Of a stretch of 58,136 bases of DNA, positions 8,575 to 17,524 are shown piece by piece. Source of the stretch: an uncultured Syntrophobacterales bacterium (GTDB taxonomy: Bacteria; Desulfobacterota; BSN033; WVXP01; G020346125); contig CAYFXL010000002.1 of NCBI GenBank assembly GCA_964346945.1, forward strand, positions 1 to 58,136. The letters are read 5' to 3'. The translations under genes were made by a program, and so were the position numbers. The notes under the pieces are model-generated. The model was not told the DNA's origin and searched no databases. It saw only the letters and a list, made by a program, of their open reading frames with translations. Position 1 is the first letter of the stretch. The number at the start of each line of letters is the position of its first letter.

Positions 8575-9234
8575 TCAGATGAGGCCCTGAAGGTTTTCCA
8601 ATTTCCCGTAACAGATCAGACGGTCACCGACTTGGATCTTGGTTTGAGCCTTGGGAACGGGGATCACACCTTCATCCCTTTCAACGGAGAGAATCATGAG
8701 GTCTTTCTCCTTAAAACCCGATTTGCTCAAGGTTAGCCCTGCGAACTTTGATCTCCTTCCAACGAGTATTGAGGCGATACCGTATCCGTCGGATTGCTGC
8801 AGGAGTTCTTCTACGCGAACCTTTTCGAAGTGCAACTTTTCCCTGAGAGTCTCGCGAATCTTACTCGTCAACTTCTTCGCGAATTTCTGGTGAGAGGCAA
8901 CCCGATACAGGATAAACAAGGAGGCTGCAATAATAGCCAGATTGAGGGAAGGCCGAAAGGTACCCGCCTGCCTAAGGGAGAGGACAAACGTGGCGATGAC
9001 CGATACGATACCGGCATTTCCCAGGATCATGAGGTAGGTGACGATCTTCCTCCTCCTGGGATGATTCACTACCAACTCTGCCTCCCTGGTCGTGAATCCC
9101 GTTCCGGAAAAGGCGGACAATGCTTGAAATCTGGCCCTCGACCTTTCCATACCCGTCATCTCCAGTGCGATCGCTCCGATCCGGACGATTAGATAGGAAA
9201 TGGAGATAAATACGATCAAGAGAACTACACTCAT
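8575..9234 (-). CDS. Membrane protein with a pore-loop-like SAFSGTGF motif fused to a TrkA-C (RCK_C) domain
   Basis: N-terminal TM, then re-entrant-like FQALSAFSGTGFTT, then TM helices. The C-terminus reads GLTLSKSGFKEKDLMILSVERDEGVIPVPKAQTKIQVGDRLICYG, typical of RCK_C. Confidence 0.6.
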   Translation of the reverse strand: MSVVLLIVFISISYLIVRIGAIALEMTGMERSRARFQALSAFSGTGFTTREAELVVNHPRRRKIVTYLMILGNAGIVSVIATFVLSLRQAGTFRPSLNLAIIAASLFILYRVASHQKFAKKLTSKIRETLREKLHFEKVRVEELLQQSDGYGIASILVGRRSKFAGLTLSKSGFKEKDLMILSVERDEGVIPVPKAQTKIQVGDRLICYGKLENLQGLI

Positions 9235-9311
9235 CTAACCCTCCCTTATCTCTCCTTGAACTCTGAGTGTACCTAAATCTTTCAAAAGAACAAGAGTCAA
9301 TCGCGTATTCG

Positions 9312-10820
9312 CTATTGAGTGGAGTTTTTCCCCAGTTTTATGCGCTTGACGAATGAACGTGGAAGATGAACAACTGAAACTGGAAAGGTAACCATGTGGC
9401 GGAGTCCACCAACGGTGGAGAGATTTCGCATGTTCCTCCTTACCTGAGTAATGAGTTCATGGATGACAATTTCCTCCTCGACCTCACCACTCTCTTTTAC
9501 CCTCGTTAATCGGTGAATGCAGTATAAACCGATCAAAAATGCGAAGAGAAAGAAAAAATCCCAATGTTGGAAGTTAAGTGTGTCAAAAGCCAGGTCCCTT
9601 CCCGGACTTGTCCATTTAAACACCAGGGAAAGTTGACGCTCTGCGAAGAAATCGACAAACTTGCCGCCTAACACAGGTGCAATCCCAGCTGCCAGTGAAT
9701 TAACGAGATTATTAGCGGCCAAATATGCGGTCGCCTGACCCTTCGGTGCCAGCTTGAGCCCAATGTTTCCCGAAGCCAGAGTTACCCCCGCTGTTGAGAT
9801 CCCCATGAGGATGTGTATAACGACCAATAACGGGATAGTCAATATGTGCTTCTCTGGCATGGTTGTAAAGGCAAAAGCGATTATACATCCCATAAAGAGA
9901 GGCCCACTGACCCCCAGCACTGATTTATTGCTAAAACGGTCCGAGAAATTTCCCCAAAGTCGCAAAAATACGAGATTCATTATCTGACTGAGGACGGTAA
10001 AGGCAATGATGACCGACAGGTCAAGTTGCAACCTCTTGAGCATATAGACGGTAAAAAAGGGAGCGGCAAGATTGACCGCAAAATTCCAGGAACCTAAGAA
10101 CATGATAAGTTGTTTGAAATTTGAGTCCTTAAATGGTTGTAAAAACAAGGTAAAAAGATTTTTCTTTTCCTCTATGGGTCCTATGCGAGGCTCTGGTATG
10201 GTTGATATGAAGTAAACGCCAATCATACCCGCAATAAATCCCGCGGCAAATAGGATTGAATACCCGTATAACTCGAAATTGGGGAACTGTTTTTTCCAGT
10301 AATCAATATAAAAGGCGGAAGCCAGGCTGAGGGCGATACTCAACCCCATTGATAGGCTCATTCTCCTTGAAAAGAAGGCCCCCAATCGATCCTGCGGAAC
10401 GAGATCCCGCATCCAGGAGTTCCAACTGCAGTTTGATACTGCAGAGAAAGCCGAGTTGAGCATTATTGCGACAATAAGAAAGTTCAGGCTCGCTTCTTTT
10501 GGAAATAAAAAGGGGATCAAGGCTATGAACAACCAAAGAACTCTACCACCAGTGGACGTAGAAAAACTGATCGTCCTTCTGTTCCTCATTTTTTCAACTA
10601 GATAGACTGATGGAATCTGAAGCAGCTGAGCCAGGGGAGGAATAGCAGCCAAGAGCCCAATCACTAAGTTGGAGGCCCCGAGCTTCAACGCGAAGGCGAC
10701 GAGGAAGGGGCCTCCTGTTAAGGTGGCCATAGACGTACTAGCCATTCCGTCCCTTATGACCGCTCTGAGACCGGACTGAACCTCCTCCTCGGTCAGCGTG
10801 TCTTTGGCAGCGAACTGCAT
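9312..10820 (-). CDS. MFS transporter (about 500 aa; paralog of 23019..24542)
   Basis: Multi-TM profile with WGNFSDRFSNKSVL loop motif. The N-terminal half aligns by eye with the second MFS. Confidence 0.75.
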   Translation of the reverse strand: MQFAAKDTLTEEEVQSGLRAVIRDGMASTSMATLTGGPFLVAFALKLGASNLVIGLLAAIPPLAQLLQIPSVYLVEKMRNRRTISFSTSTGGRVLWLFIALIPFLFPKEASLNFLIVAIMLNSAFSAVSNCSWNSWMRDLVPQDRLGAFFSRRMSLSMGLSIALSLASAFYIDYWKKQFPNFELYGYSILFAAGFIAGMIGVYFISTIPEPRIGPIEEKKNLFTLFLQPFKDSNFKQLIMFLGSWNFAVNLAAPFFTVYMLKRLQLDLSVIIAFTVLSQIMNLVFLRLWGNFSDRFSNKSVLGVSGPLFMGCIIAFAFTTMPEKHILTIPLLVVIHILMGISTAGVTLASGNIGLKLAPKGQATAYLAANNLVNSLAAGIAPVLGGKFVDFFAERQLSLVFKWTSPGRDLAFDTLNFQHWDFFFLFAFLIGLYCIHRLTRVKESGEVEEEIVIHELITQVRRNMRNLSTVGGLRHMVTFPVSVVHLPRSFVKRIKLGKNSTQ

Positions 10821-11005
10821 TTCGGACCCTCGCTAAGCAAACTCAATCTTTTCCGTAACGTGGTTGCGTCCTGGATTTGCCGGGTAAGCAGACCAATCGT
10901 TGCAGGCCAGGAAATTTTTTCACCGATTGCAGCTCGAGTCTAAATTCCTTGGTCTCAATACCTCGACAACGTGGCTGCGGAAAGAATGCCTCCAATGGAT
11001 ATTGA

Positions 11006-11965
11006 CTATTCGCCTTTTGCGAGCCTTTGGGCCCGGGCGATTTGTTGTCCGAGCTGGATCCTTTCCTCAATAGGTAATTCCTCTACCTTCTCTGTATCGA
11101 CACCACTCAATCTTGGAAGAAGTCCGCTTCCATTGGCAATCTGGATGCTCAAGCCGGGCCTCGCGTTGAATTCCAGGACCATAGGCCCCTTTTGCCGATC
11201 GATTACCACGTCGACGCCCATGTAGCCGAGACCCGTCATCTCGTAGGAAAGAACCGCAATCTCCAGGATTTTATTCCAATGGGGGATTTTGATCCCTTCG
11301 ATCGGATTATTCGTATCGGGGTGACGGCTGACGACCCGATCATGGTGAACTCCCAGAAGGGTAACCCCCTCGCTGAGGTCCACTCCAACACCTATGGCCC
11401 CCTGGTGAAGGTTCGCCTTGCCGTCCGATTCTCTCGTAGGAAGCCTGACCATCGACATCACGGGAATTCCTTTATATACGATAACCCGGACATCCGGCAC
11501 ACCCTTATGAGCTATGTTTTCAAAGACAGGGGCCACCTCAACCCTGTACTCAATGAGGGCTTTATCGTCCTGTCCTCCAAGGGAGTAAAGCCCGGAGAGA
11601 ATTCCCGAAATATAATGCATCAAGTCCTCGGACGAGATTGTCTCACCGCTTGCCTTCTCAAACTGGTCTTTGCAGTGCCCCACAATGACGATTATACCTT
11701 CACCTCCGCTGCCCATGGATGGTTTCACCACGAACTGATCGTGAGTTGACACATTTTCGAGGACCTTGCGAATCTCATGGTGATATCGAATTATCCCGTA
11801 GAGTTCGGGAACCTTAATCCCTTTTTGGATGGCTAGTTGTTTTGAAAGTAATTTGTCATCTACGAGGGGATAGTACTTCCTCGGGTTGACCAAGAGCGTA
11901 AAGTCTGCATTTCTCCGGTTTATCCCCAATATTCCCCGTTTTTTCAGAGGATCAAACCACATCAT
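11006..11965 (-). CDS. Alpha-L-glutamate ligase-related (RimK-like) ATP-grasp protein
   Basis: ATP-grasp motifs FVVKPSMGSGGEGI, a central lid region and MVLEFNARPGL. The 4-nt start/stop overlap with the upstream 7TM gene suggests coupling. Confidence 0.8.
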   Translation of the reverse strand: MMWFDPLKKRGILGINRRNADFTLLVNPRKYYPLVDDKLLSKQLAIQKGIKVPELYGIIRYHHEIRKVLENVSTHDQFVVKPSMGSGGEGIIVIVGHCKDQFEKASGETISSEDLMHYISGILSGLYSLGGQDDKALIEYRVEVAPVFENIAHKGVPDVRVIVYKGIPVMSMVRLPTRESDGKANLHQGAIGVGVDLSEGVTLLGVHHDRVVSRHPDTNNPIEGIKIPHWNKILEIAVLSYEMTGLGYMGVDVVIDRQKGPMVLEFNARPGLSIQIANGSGLLPRLSGVDTEKVEELPIEERIQLGQQIARAQRLAKGE

Positions 11966-13608
11966 TTCTTTTCCGAAGAAATATCGGGAGAGCTTGGCGG
12001 GATGAGTTGTTCCCTCTTGTCCCCTTCAATGAAGCTGTGGAATCGGAAGCACTCCATTAGCCGATAGCCCGTATAGCGGCCCATGAGAATCTGTATCCCA
12101 ATTAATGCAAAAAGAATCTCGGGGAACGTGAAAAAGAAATCCTGGATCGAAACCCAAGACATCATCAAATAGCCACAGGTGGATACGAGGAGCGTACCCA
12201 GAGAAACCTTCAGAGCCTCCCTCGCCCCCCTTTCCATGAGAATGATGGAGAGCCTCTCGATGGTCATGGTCATGATGACCATGGGGAAGAGAGCCACGGC
12301 CAGGACCCGGTATATTCCCGCGTGGTGGCCAATGACGGAACCAACTGCCAAAATGATAACCAGAACCGTTACGACGACCGACAGTCTTGGTACCAGCAGA
12401 AGTTTCAGCCGGTCCATGAACCACCTTGATACCAGCCCAAGGGCAATGACTGCGGAGAATAGCACAAGTCCCCAACCCAGTTTCGTATTTCTAAAGGCCA
12501 ACGCGATGAGCACGGGCATGAACGTCCCGAAGGTATTGACTCCAATGATATTTCTGAAGAATGAGACGATCACGGCTCCTAGAGGAATCATGAGGATCAC
12601 TCGAAAGACCTGCTGAACCTCCACTGGGAGGGAGAAGAGCGACCATTCATGCACTATTGAACCCACTTTTGTGGCCGTGTCATAAAAGAAGCTAAAGGCC
12701 CACTGGTCCTCTTGTTTGACAGCAAAGCTGTACTCCAACCCTTTTACTCCCGAAGAAGTCATAAAAGGTCTATCGCCCCTGTAGAGGATCAGTGCAGTTT
12801 CGGGCAATTGCACGAACAACTGGTTTTCGATATCCACGGGGACCCATTTCCCCCCGAGAAAAACCTCGGCCCAACTGTGGACCATATTCTGCTTGCTCTC
12901 GTCGCCAAGGATTATCCCATGGACAGTCCGGGCTGGAACCCCTGCCACCCTCGAAAGGTAAATGAAAAGCTTCTTCTTCTCGACGATGGTTGCTTTTTTC
13001 GTCTTGATTGGTCCGGTTAAACTGGTGTCCTGGGAGAAGAGCACTGTCGCTACATCTTTTGAGAGGAAGTTATAGATAGTCCTTATTTTTTCAAGATTGT
13101 TTTCCTCTTTCCCGAACAACCCTTTGAGAAATTCTTCAATCTCAACATTGAAAGACTCCATTTCGGGTCTTGTGAAGAGATATTTCCCCACATTCGGAGG
13201 ATATTTTCGCTCCAACCCAATGATGGTTAACCTGTTTATTCTCGGCCTCGTCTGAACTGTCGCCCTGTAAAATACCCCGGAATCCCCTTTGAGTCGTATC
13301 CCCTTCCATTGAACAAAGGTGTTAAGGTCTTCCTTTCCTATGAAGAAATCGAGGGTCCTCGAGACGAAGTTCTCCTCTAGGACAATCTGCCCCATATCAT
13401 CGCTGGGCAGATAATGGCGGACCATAGCGTCTCGCCCGATACCCTGGAAGAGGATCTTCACCTCGATGGTCCAGAGGTTCTCGACGGCCTTGGATAGGAT
13501 GGGATACCTCAGGAACAAGACCTTATAAATAAATGGTCCGATGAACAAGACGATGAAAAAAGACGCGATAAGGAGAATGTTCTTTTTCCTTTTAATGGGG
13601 TCTTGCAT
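11962..13608 (-). CDS. Transglutaminase-like extracytoplasmic domain fused to a C-terminal 7TM module
   Basis: N-terminal TM, soluble region (...VAGVPARTVHGIILGDESKQNMVHSWAEVFLGGKWVPVD, transglutaminase-core-like). Seven predicted TM helices follow in the last 230 aa or so. Confidence 0.7.
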   Translation of the reverse strand: MQDPIKRKKNILLIASFFIVLFIGPFIYKVLFLRYPILSKAVENLWTIEVKILFQGIGRDAMVRHYLPSDDMGQIVLEENFVSRTLDFFIGKEDLNTFVQWKGIRLKGDSGVFYRATVQTRPRINRLTIIGLERKYPPNVGKYLFTRPEMESFNVEIEEFLKGLFGKEENNLEKIRTIYNFLSKDVATVLFSQDTSLTGPIKTKKATIVEKKKLFIYLSRVAGVPARTVHGIILGDESKQNMVHSWAEVFLGGKWVPVDIENQLFVQLPETALILYRGDRPFMTSSGVKGLEYSFAVKQEDQWAFSFFYDTATKVGSIVHEWSLFSLPVEVQQVFRVILMIPLGAVIVSFFRNIIGVNTFGTFMPVLIALAFRNTKLGWGLVLFSAVIALGLVSRWFMDRLKLLLVPRLSVVVTVLVIILAVGSVIGHHAGIYRVLAVALFPMVIMTMTIERLSIILMERGAREALKVSLGTLLVSTCGYLMMSWVSIQDFFFTFPEILFALIGIQILMGRYTGYRLMECFRFHSFIEGDKREQLIPPSSPDISSEKK

Positions 13609-13651
13609 TTCACCATTCCTAAATCAAGGAAGAGAAATGAATATTTTTCCT

Positions 13652-14167
13652 CTACGGTCGTCGGCAACTTGATCCCGCAACGAATTTCTTGCTCACATCC
13701 ACGATAAAATCCCCTTCCAGGGCCGTTCGTCCGAGAATCATCCTGTAGTTCCTCCCCCTTCGATCCGTCAAATTGACCCGAATCCGCTTCTTAATCCCCC
13801 CCAGGCAAATCTCCAGCTCGATCTCTGGCCTCATTTTCGTTGCCGACATTAATCCTCTAATTCGCGCTTCTCTCAAAACGTCGGCCTCAATTATTTGGTA
13901 TCTCCCTTTACGATCCATCGTCTTGAAACGGATTCGAGACCCCTTCGCCTTCCCCTTCTTGGTATACTCAACGTCCATCGCATGGATCGAAGAATTCTTC
14001 GCCCCCGTATCAATCTTTGCCGTCAAAACGAATTCATACTCGGAAAGATAAACCCTTTCTAGCCATCCAACAACTGTCTTCTCACCAGCGATGGCATCTT
14101 TCCTTTCAACGGGACTCATCAGAATCGCAAGAATGAGAATCACCATCCAAGAAAGATTTCTCGACAT
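13652..14167 (-). CDS. Secreted retropepsin-like aspartic protease (ATP-dependent zinc protease / RimB-like family)
   Basis: Signal-like N-terminus, AKIDTGAKNSSIH (D-T-G-A aspartic motif) and C-terminal MILGRTALEGDFIVDV. Confidence 0.7.
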   Translation of the reverse strand: MSRNLSWMVILILAILMSPVERKDAIAGEKTVVGWLERVYLSEYEFVLTAKIDTGAKNSSIHAMDVEYTKKGKAKGSRIRFKTMDRKGRYQIIEADVLREARIRGLMSATKMRPEIELEICLGGIKKRIRVNLTDRRGRNYRMILGRTALEGDFIVDVSKKFVAGSSCRRP

Positions 14168-14463
14168 GGTCGATCCCTCCCTAATCCCGCTTCAGAAGCC
14201 CATTAATTGAGGACGTTATCGCTCAATGCCCCATATGTCAAGTTCTTAGAGGACCATCAAACCGCACCAGAAAAGGCCCATCCCCATGGAGAATTAACAG
14301 GAAGTTAATGTCCTGTCGCAAAACCTAGCTGAACCTGAAACCGCGCACTGGACAGCAGACTTAACGCCCCATGGTCAAGCGCCGGCAACATCATGACTTC
14401 CTTTGCTCGGCTCTCTTTGAACTGCTTGCTTTACTGCAGGCTATCTCCGGTACATCTGAAAAA

Positions 14464-14766
14464 TCAGATGGTGGGTTTTTCCTCGGGAGGTTTCCTTTCA
14501 GGGGTTTTTCCCCTTGGCCTTCCCCTTAGCCCCTTTTCCAATCGATCGATGGCATCGGCCGTCTTATCCTTCACGGATTCTGTGACGGAAGTCAGTTTTT
14601 CAACCTGTTCCCTCAAGCTATCTCCCGTGCGGTCCTTGAGGGATTCCATGGTTGATGAAAGGGAATCGACCGTCTTCCTCAATTCCTGTGCCCCCCCGGT
14701 TCTCCGATAAGCCAGGATGGAAATGAGCAGGGCGATGATTGCAATAATTAAGGTTATGACCAACAT
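14464..14766 (-). CDS. Small membrane protein: N-terminal TM plus coiled-coil/LEA-like tail; sigma54-dependent
   Basis: ATG 14766 with AGGGGGT 8 nt upstream. A perfect -24/-12 promoter lies about 70 nt upstream. Paralog of 7959..8225. Confidence 0.7.
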   Translation of the reverse strand: MLVITLIIAIIALLISILAYRRTGGAQELRKTVDSLSSTMESLKDRTGDSLREQVEKLTSVTESVKDKTADAIDRLEKGLRGRPRGKTPERKPPEEKPTI

Positions 14767-14834
14767 AGTTGTTTACCCCCTTTCGGTGATGGGTTTCATT
14801 TCCTACCACACGAGGTAGCCTTCGATGCAATAAC

Positions 14835-14849
14835 GCAACAAGCGTGCCA
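14835..14849 (-). promoter_or_regulatory. Sigma54 (-24/-12) promoter, leftward
   Basis: Minus strand reads TGGCAC-gcttg-TTGCG, which is gcaacaagcgtgcca on the plus strand. All 10 core positions match TGGCAC-N5-TTGC. Confidence 0.8.
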
Positions 14850-14902
14850 TCTTATTAACATATTGAATTTATTTAATATTTTTATTTCAAGGGATCATTT
14901 CA

Positions 14903-15048
14903 GGAACTCTCGGTTCCGAAAATTACGTCCGCCCATCCCATCTGCGCGGTGAAACAAAGGCGGAGGTCATTCCATTCCTTGCAAAGAGGGGAAACGGAAA
15001 AATGGAATTTAGAGTTCCGGTTGCTGACATATCGGAACTGGGAGTTCT
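14903..15048. promoter_or_regulatory. Upstream activator sites: three GGAAC-N5-GTTCC dyads (14903-14917 perfect; 15004-15018; 15034-15048)
   Basis: Sequences are ggaactctcggttcc, ggaatttagagttcc and ggaactgggagttct. Start-to-start spacing is 101 and 30 bp. Confidence 0.7.
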
Positions 15049-15299
15049 CATTGGCTAGGACGTTTTCAGAATAGGATGTCACCGGCTGCGTCTTTCTTGG
15101 AAACGTCTCAGCTCTTGAAGGTTCACGGTTTTCGGGGTATCTGACCTGCGTCTAGAACACGTAATCCACTTTTTTGATCGGCAGTAGATCAACCATATGG
15201 AAATCGGTATAATTACGGATAATTGATTTCGTTTATAAACGGACAGCAATTAGCCACGGTTTTGGAGGGTTCGATAAGGAAGAACATGGGGGGCCACAA

Positions 15300-16706
15300 G
15301 TGAAATCTATTCTTATTGCATCCCAGAACAATACGTCAAACAAAGTCCTTCAGGAAACCTTTGCTCCGGAGTATACGGTTGATACGGTATCCAGTAAGGC
15401 ATCATGCCTCGATAAGTTCATGCAGAGACGGTATGATTACACCTTTATCGACGTTGAACTGCTTCGTGAGGAAAGCAACGTACAAGGTCATTATGACTAT
15501 AAGACCGCCCTGCAGCCGTTTCGGGAAGCGTTTCCGACTGCCCAAATCATCGTTATGTCCTCTCAGGAGATGATAAGAGAAGCCGTCATGGCAGTAAAGG
15601 TAGGTGCCAGTAACTATCTTACCTACCCCATCGATAAAGAGGAGGCAAGATACATCGTCCAGAGCCTCTATGAATCCGTCAGGATGGAGTCGGAGCTGGA
15701 CTTTCTGCGGGACAGTTTTTGGGAGGCGGATTCTCTTGAGGTTGTCGAAACAAACAGCCCGTTGATGAGAGAAGTATTCGAAAAAGTCCGAGCAGTAGCG
15801 CCAACGAAAAGTACCGTCTTGCTCACCGGCGAAACCGGGACCGGAAAAGGAGTTGTGGCTAAGCTGATTCATCGTCATAGCCGCAGAAATGAAAAGCAAT
15901 TTATCAGTATCCATTGCGGAGCGATCCCCGATACGCTTCTTGAAAGCGAACTCTTTGGGCATGAAAAGGGGGCTTTTACCGGCGCTCTGCGGAGGAAGCT
16001 GGGGAAGTTTGAGCTCGCTCATGGGGGAACGATTTTCCTCGACGAAATCGGGACCGTCACTCCATCTGCCCAGATTAAGCTCTTGGGAGTATTGCAGGAT
16101 AAGAGTTTTCAACGGGTCGGCGGAGAGGCTACTATCGAAGTCGATGTAAGAATCATTACGGCAACAAATACAGATCTGAAGAAATTGACCGATGAAGGGT
16201 TTTTCAGAAGTGATCTGTACTATCGGTTGAGCGTATTTCCCATCGAAATTCCTCCATTAAGGGAGAGAAAAGAGGATATTCCGGTTATCTCAAGACATAT
16301 CCTGAAGAGACTAAACACATTTCATTCAAAAAAAATCGAAGACATTCATCCCCAGGTTCTGGAAGCTTTTTATCGGTATTCGTGGCAAGGCAACATACGA
16401 GAGCTGGAAAACCTCATAGACCGTGCATACATCCTGGAACCCTCCTCCATGCTCACCCCTGAGAGCTTTCCAAGCGAACTATTCACCCCCGGAGATACCC
16501 GGGCACAGCTCCCTCTCGATAAGGCCCTTACCATAGCGGAGGTACGGCGTCGTGGTATCGAAACCATTGAAAAAAAATACTTAAACGAACTCTTGACCTC
16601 ACACAAAGGGAGAATTTCAAGGACCGCGCAGGCTGCTGGGATAAGTGTCCGACAATTGCACAAGCTGATGACCAAATATGGAATACAGAAAGAACAGTTC
16701 AAGTAA
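15300..16706 (+). CDS. Sigma54-dependent transcriptional activator (degenerate receiver domain, AAA+ domain, Fis-type HTH)
   Basis: Walker A GETGTGKG, GAFTGA loop (GHEKGAFTGA), Walker B IFLDEIG and C-terminal HTH ISRTAQAAGISVRQLHKLMTKYGI. GTG start 15300 lies after a G-rich SD. Confidence 0.9.
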   Translation: MKSILIASQNNTSNKVLQETFAPEYTVDTVSSKASCLDKFMQRRYDYTFIDVELLREESNVQGHYDYKTALQPFREAFPTAQIIVMSSQEMIREAVMAVKVGASNYLTYPIDKEEARYIVQSLYESVRMESELDFLRDSFWEADSLEVVETNSPLMREVFEKVRAVAPTKSTVLLTGETGTGKGVVAKLIHRHSRRNEKQFISIHCGAIPDTLLESELFGHEKGAFTGALRRKLGKFELAHGGTIFLDEIGTVTPSAQIKLLGVLQDKSFQRVGGEATIEVDVRIITATNTDLKKLTDEGFFRSDLYYRLSVFPIEIPPLRERKEDIPVISRHILKRLNTFHSKKIEDIHPQVLEAFYRYSWQGNIRELENLIDRAYILEPSSMLTPESFPSELFTPGDTRAQLPLDKALTIAEVRRRGIETIEKKYLNELLTSHKGRISRTAQAAGISVRQLHKLMTKYGIQKEQFK

Positions 16707-16728
16707 CCCCAACCAAAATACATGGACC

Positions 16729-16874
16729 GGAATTTCGAGTTCCGATAATCCGGCTGTAAGAACCAAAAGTTCCTGTTTTCAGTTTCCCTTTTATTTCAAC
16801 TCCTTAAAGCATTTCAAAAAGCCTAACTCAAGGCAGGCGGAGCGTCGTTTCCCAGGACCGGAACTGTTAGTTCC
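16729..16874. promoter_or_regulatory. Upstream activator sites: three GGAAC-N5-GTTCC dyads (16729-16743; 16759-16773; 16860-16874 perfect)
   Basis: Sequences are ggaatttcgagttcc, agaaccaaaagttcc and ggaactgttagttcc. Spacing is 30 and 101 bp, the mirror image of the left set. Confidence 0.7.
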
Positions 16875-16921
16875 GATATATTGTCATCCATGATTCGCCC
16901 ATAATCCATAAAAGCTTGAAA

Positions 16922-16934
16922 TATCAATAGGTTA
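16922..16934 (+). promoter_or_regulatory. IHF-like bending site between the proximal dyad and the -24 element
   Basis: TATCAATAGGTTA fits WATCAANNNNTTR. The context is AT-rich. Confidence 0.3.
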
Positions 16935-16940
16935 TAACAC

Positions 16941-16955
16941 TGGCACGGCTTTTGC
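16941..16955 (+). promoter_or_regulatory. Sigma54 (-24/-12) promoter, rightward
   Basis: TGGCAC-ggctt-TTGCT lies about 55 nt upstream of GTG 17010, which has AGAGGAGG 6 nt upstream. Confidence 0.8.
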
Positions 16956-17009
16956 TGACGGTACTGCTAGGGTTCATACATACTGAGAAAAGTCAAGAGG
17001 AGGTAAGAG

Positions 17010-17378
17010 GTGAACTGGAGATTTTGGGAAAGGAAAATCGGTGCGGGAGAACCATCAGGGGCAAAAATGAAAAAGCTGCCGAGACCAAAGAATATCCCGG
17101 AGCCAGTGGGAAGGCATCTGGTTGTGAAGCTGGGAAAGAATCCCGATTGGGTCTGGAACCTTAAGGGCGCGGTGCGGCCTCGGGCGGAGGGGAAAAGTTG
17201 TTACGACGTTCGAATTTTCGATATGGCTGAGGCAGCTCGAAAGAGTGTGACCGTTAGGGACTACACGTCTCTTGATGAGCACCCGGAATTGGTCCTGTAC
17301 GAGGGATGGTTTGATAAGAAGACATTAAGGGTAGAAATCGAGAATAAACAGTCCTCACCGAAGCCGGCAACTGCCTAG
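17010..17378 (+). CDS. Hypothetical protein (122 aa), first gene of the sigma54 operon
   Basis: GTG start with a strong SD. No domain recognised. Alternative ATG at 17067. Confidence 0.5.
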   Translation: MNWRFWERKIGAGEPSGAKMKKLPRPKNIPEPVGRHLVVKLGKNPDWVWNLKGAVRPRAEGKSCYDVRIFDMAEAARKSVTVRDYTSLDEHPELVLYEGWFDKKTLRVEIENKQSSPKPATA

Positions 17379-17524
17379 TGCGGAAGGTCCAGCGGGATGC
17401 TTTTTCCGCAACTCGTCTTCCAAGCAGCGAGGGAGTTGAAAAGGAAAGTGACCTGAGCCTGATCATGGGTGGAACAACGACATTAGTTCAAGGTCCATTG
17501 CCATTCGTGTGGAGTTACTGGCAA

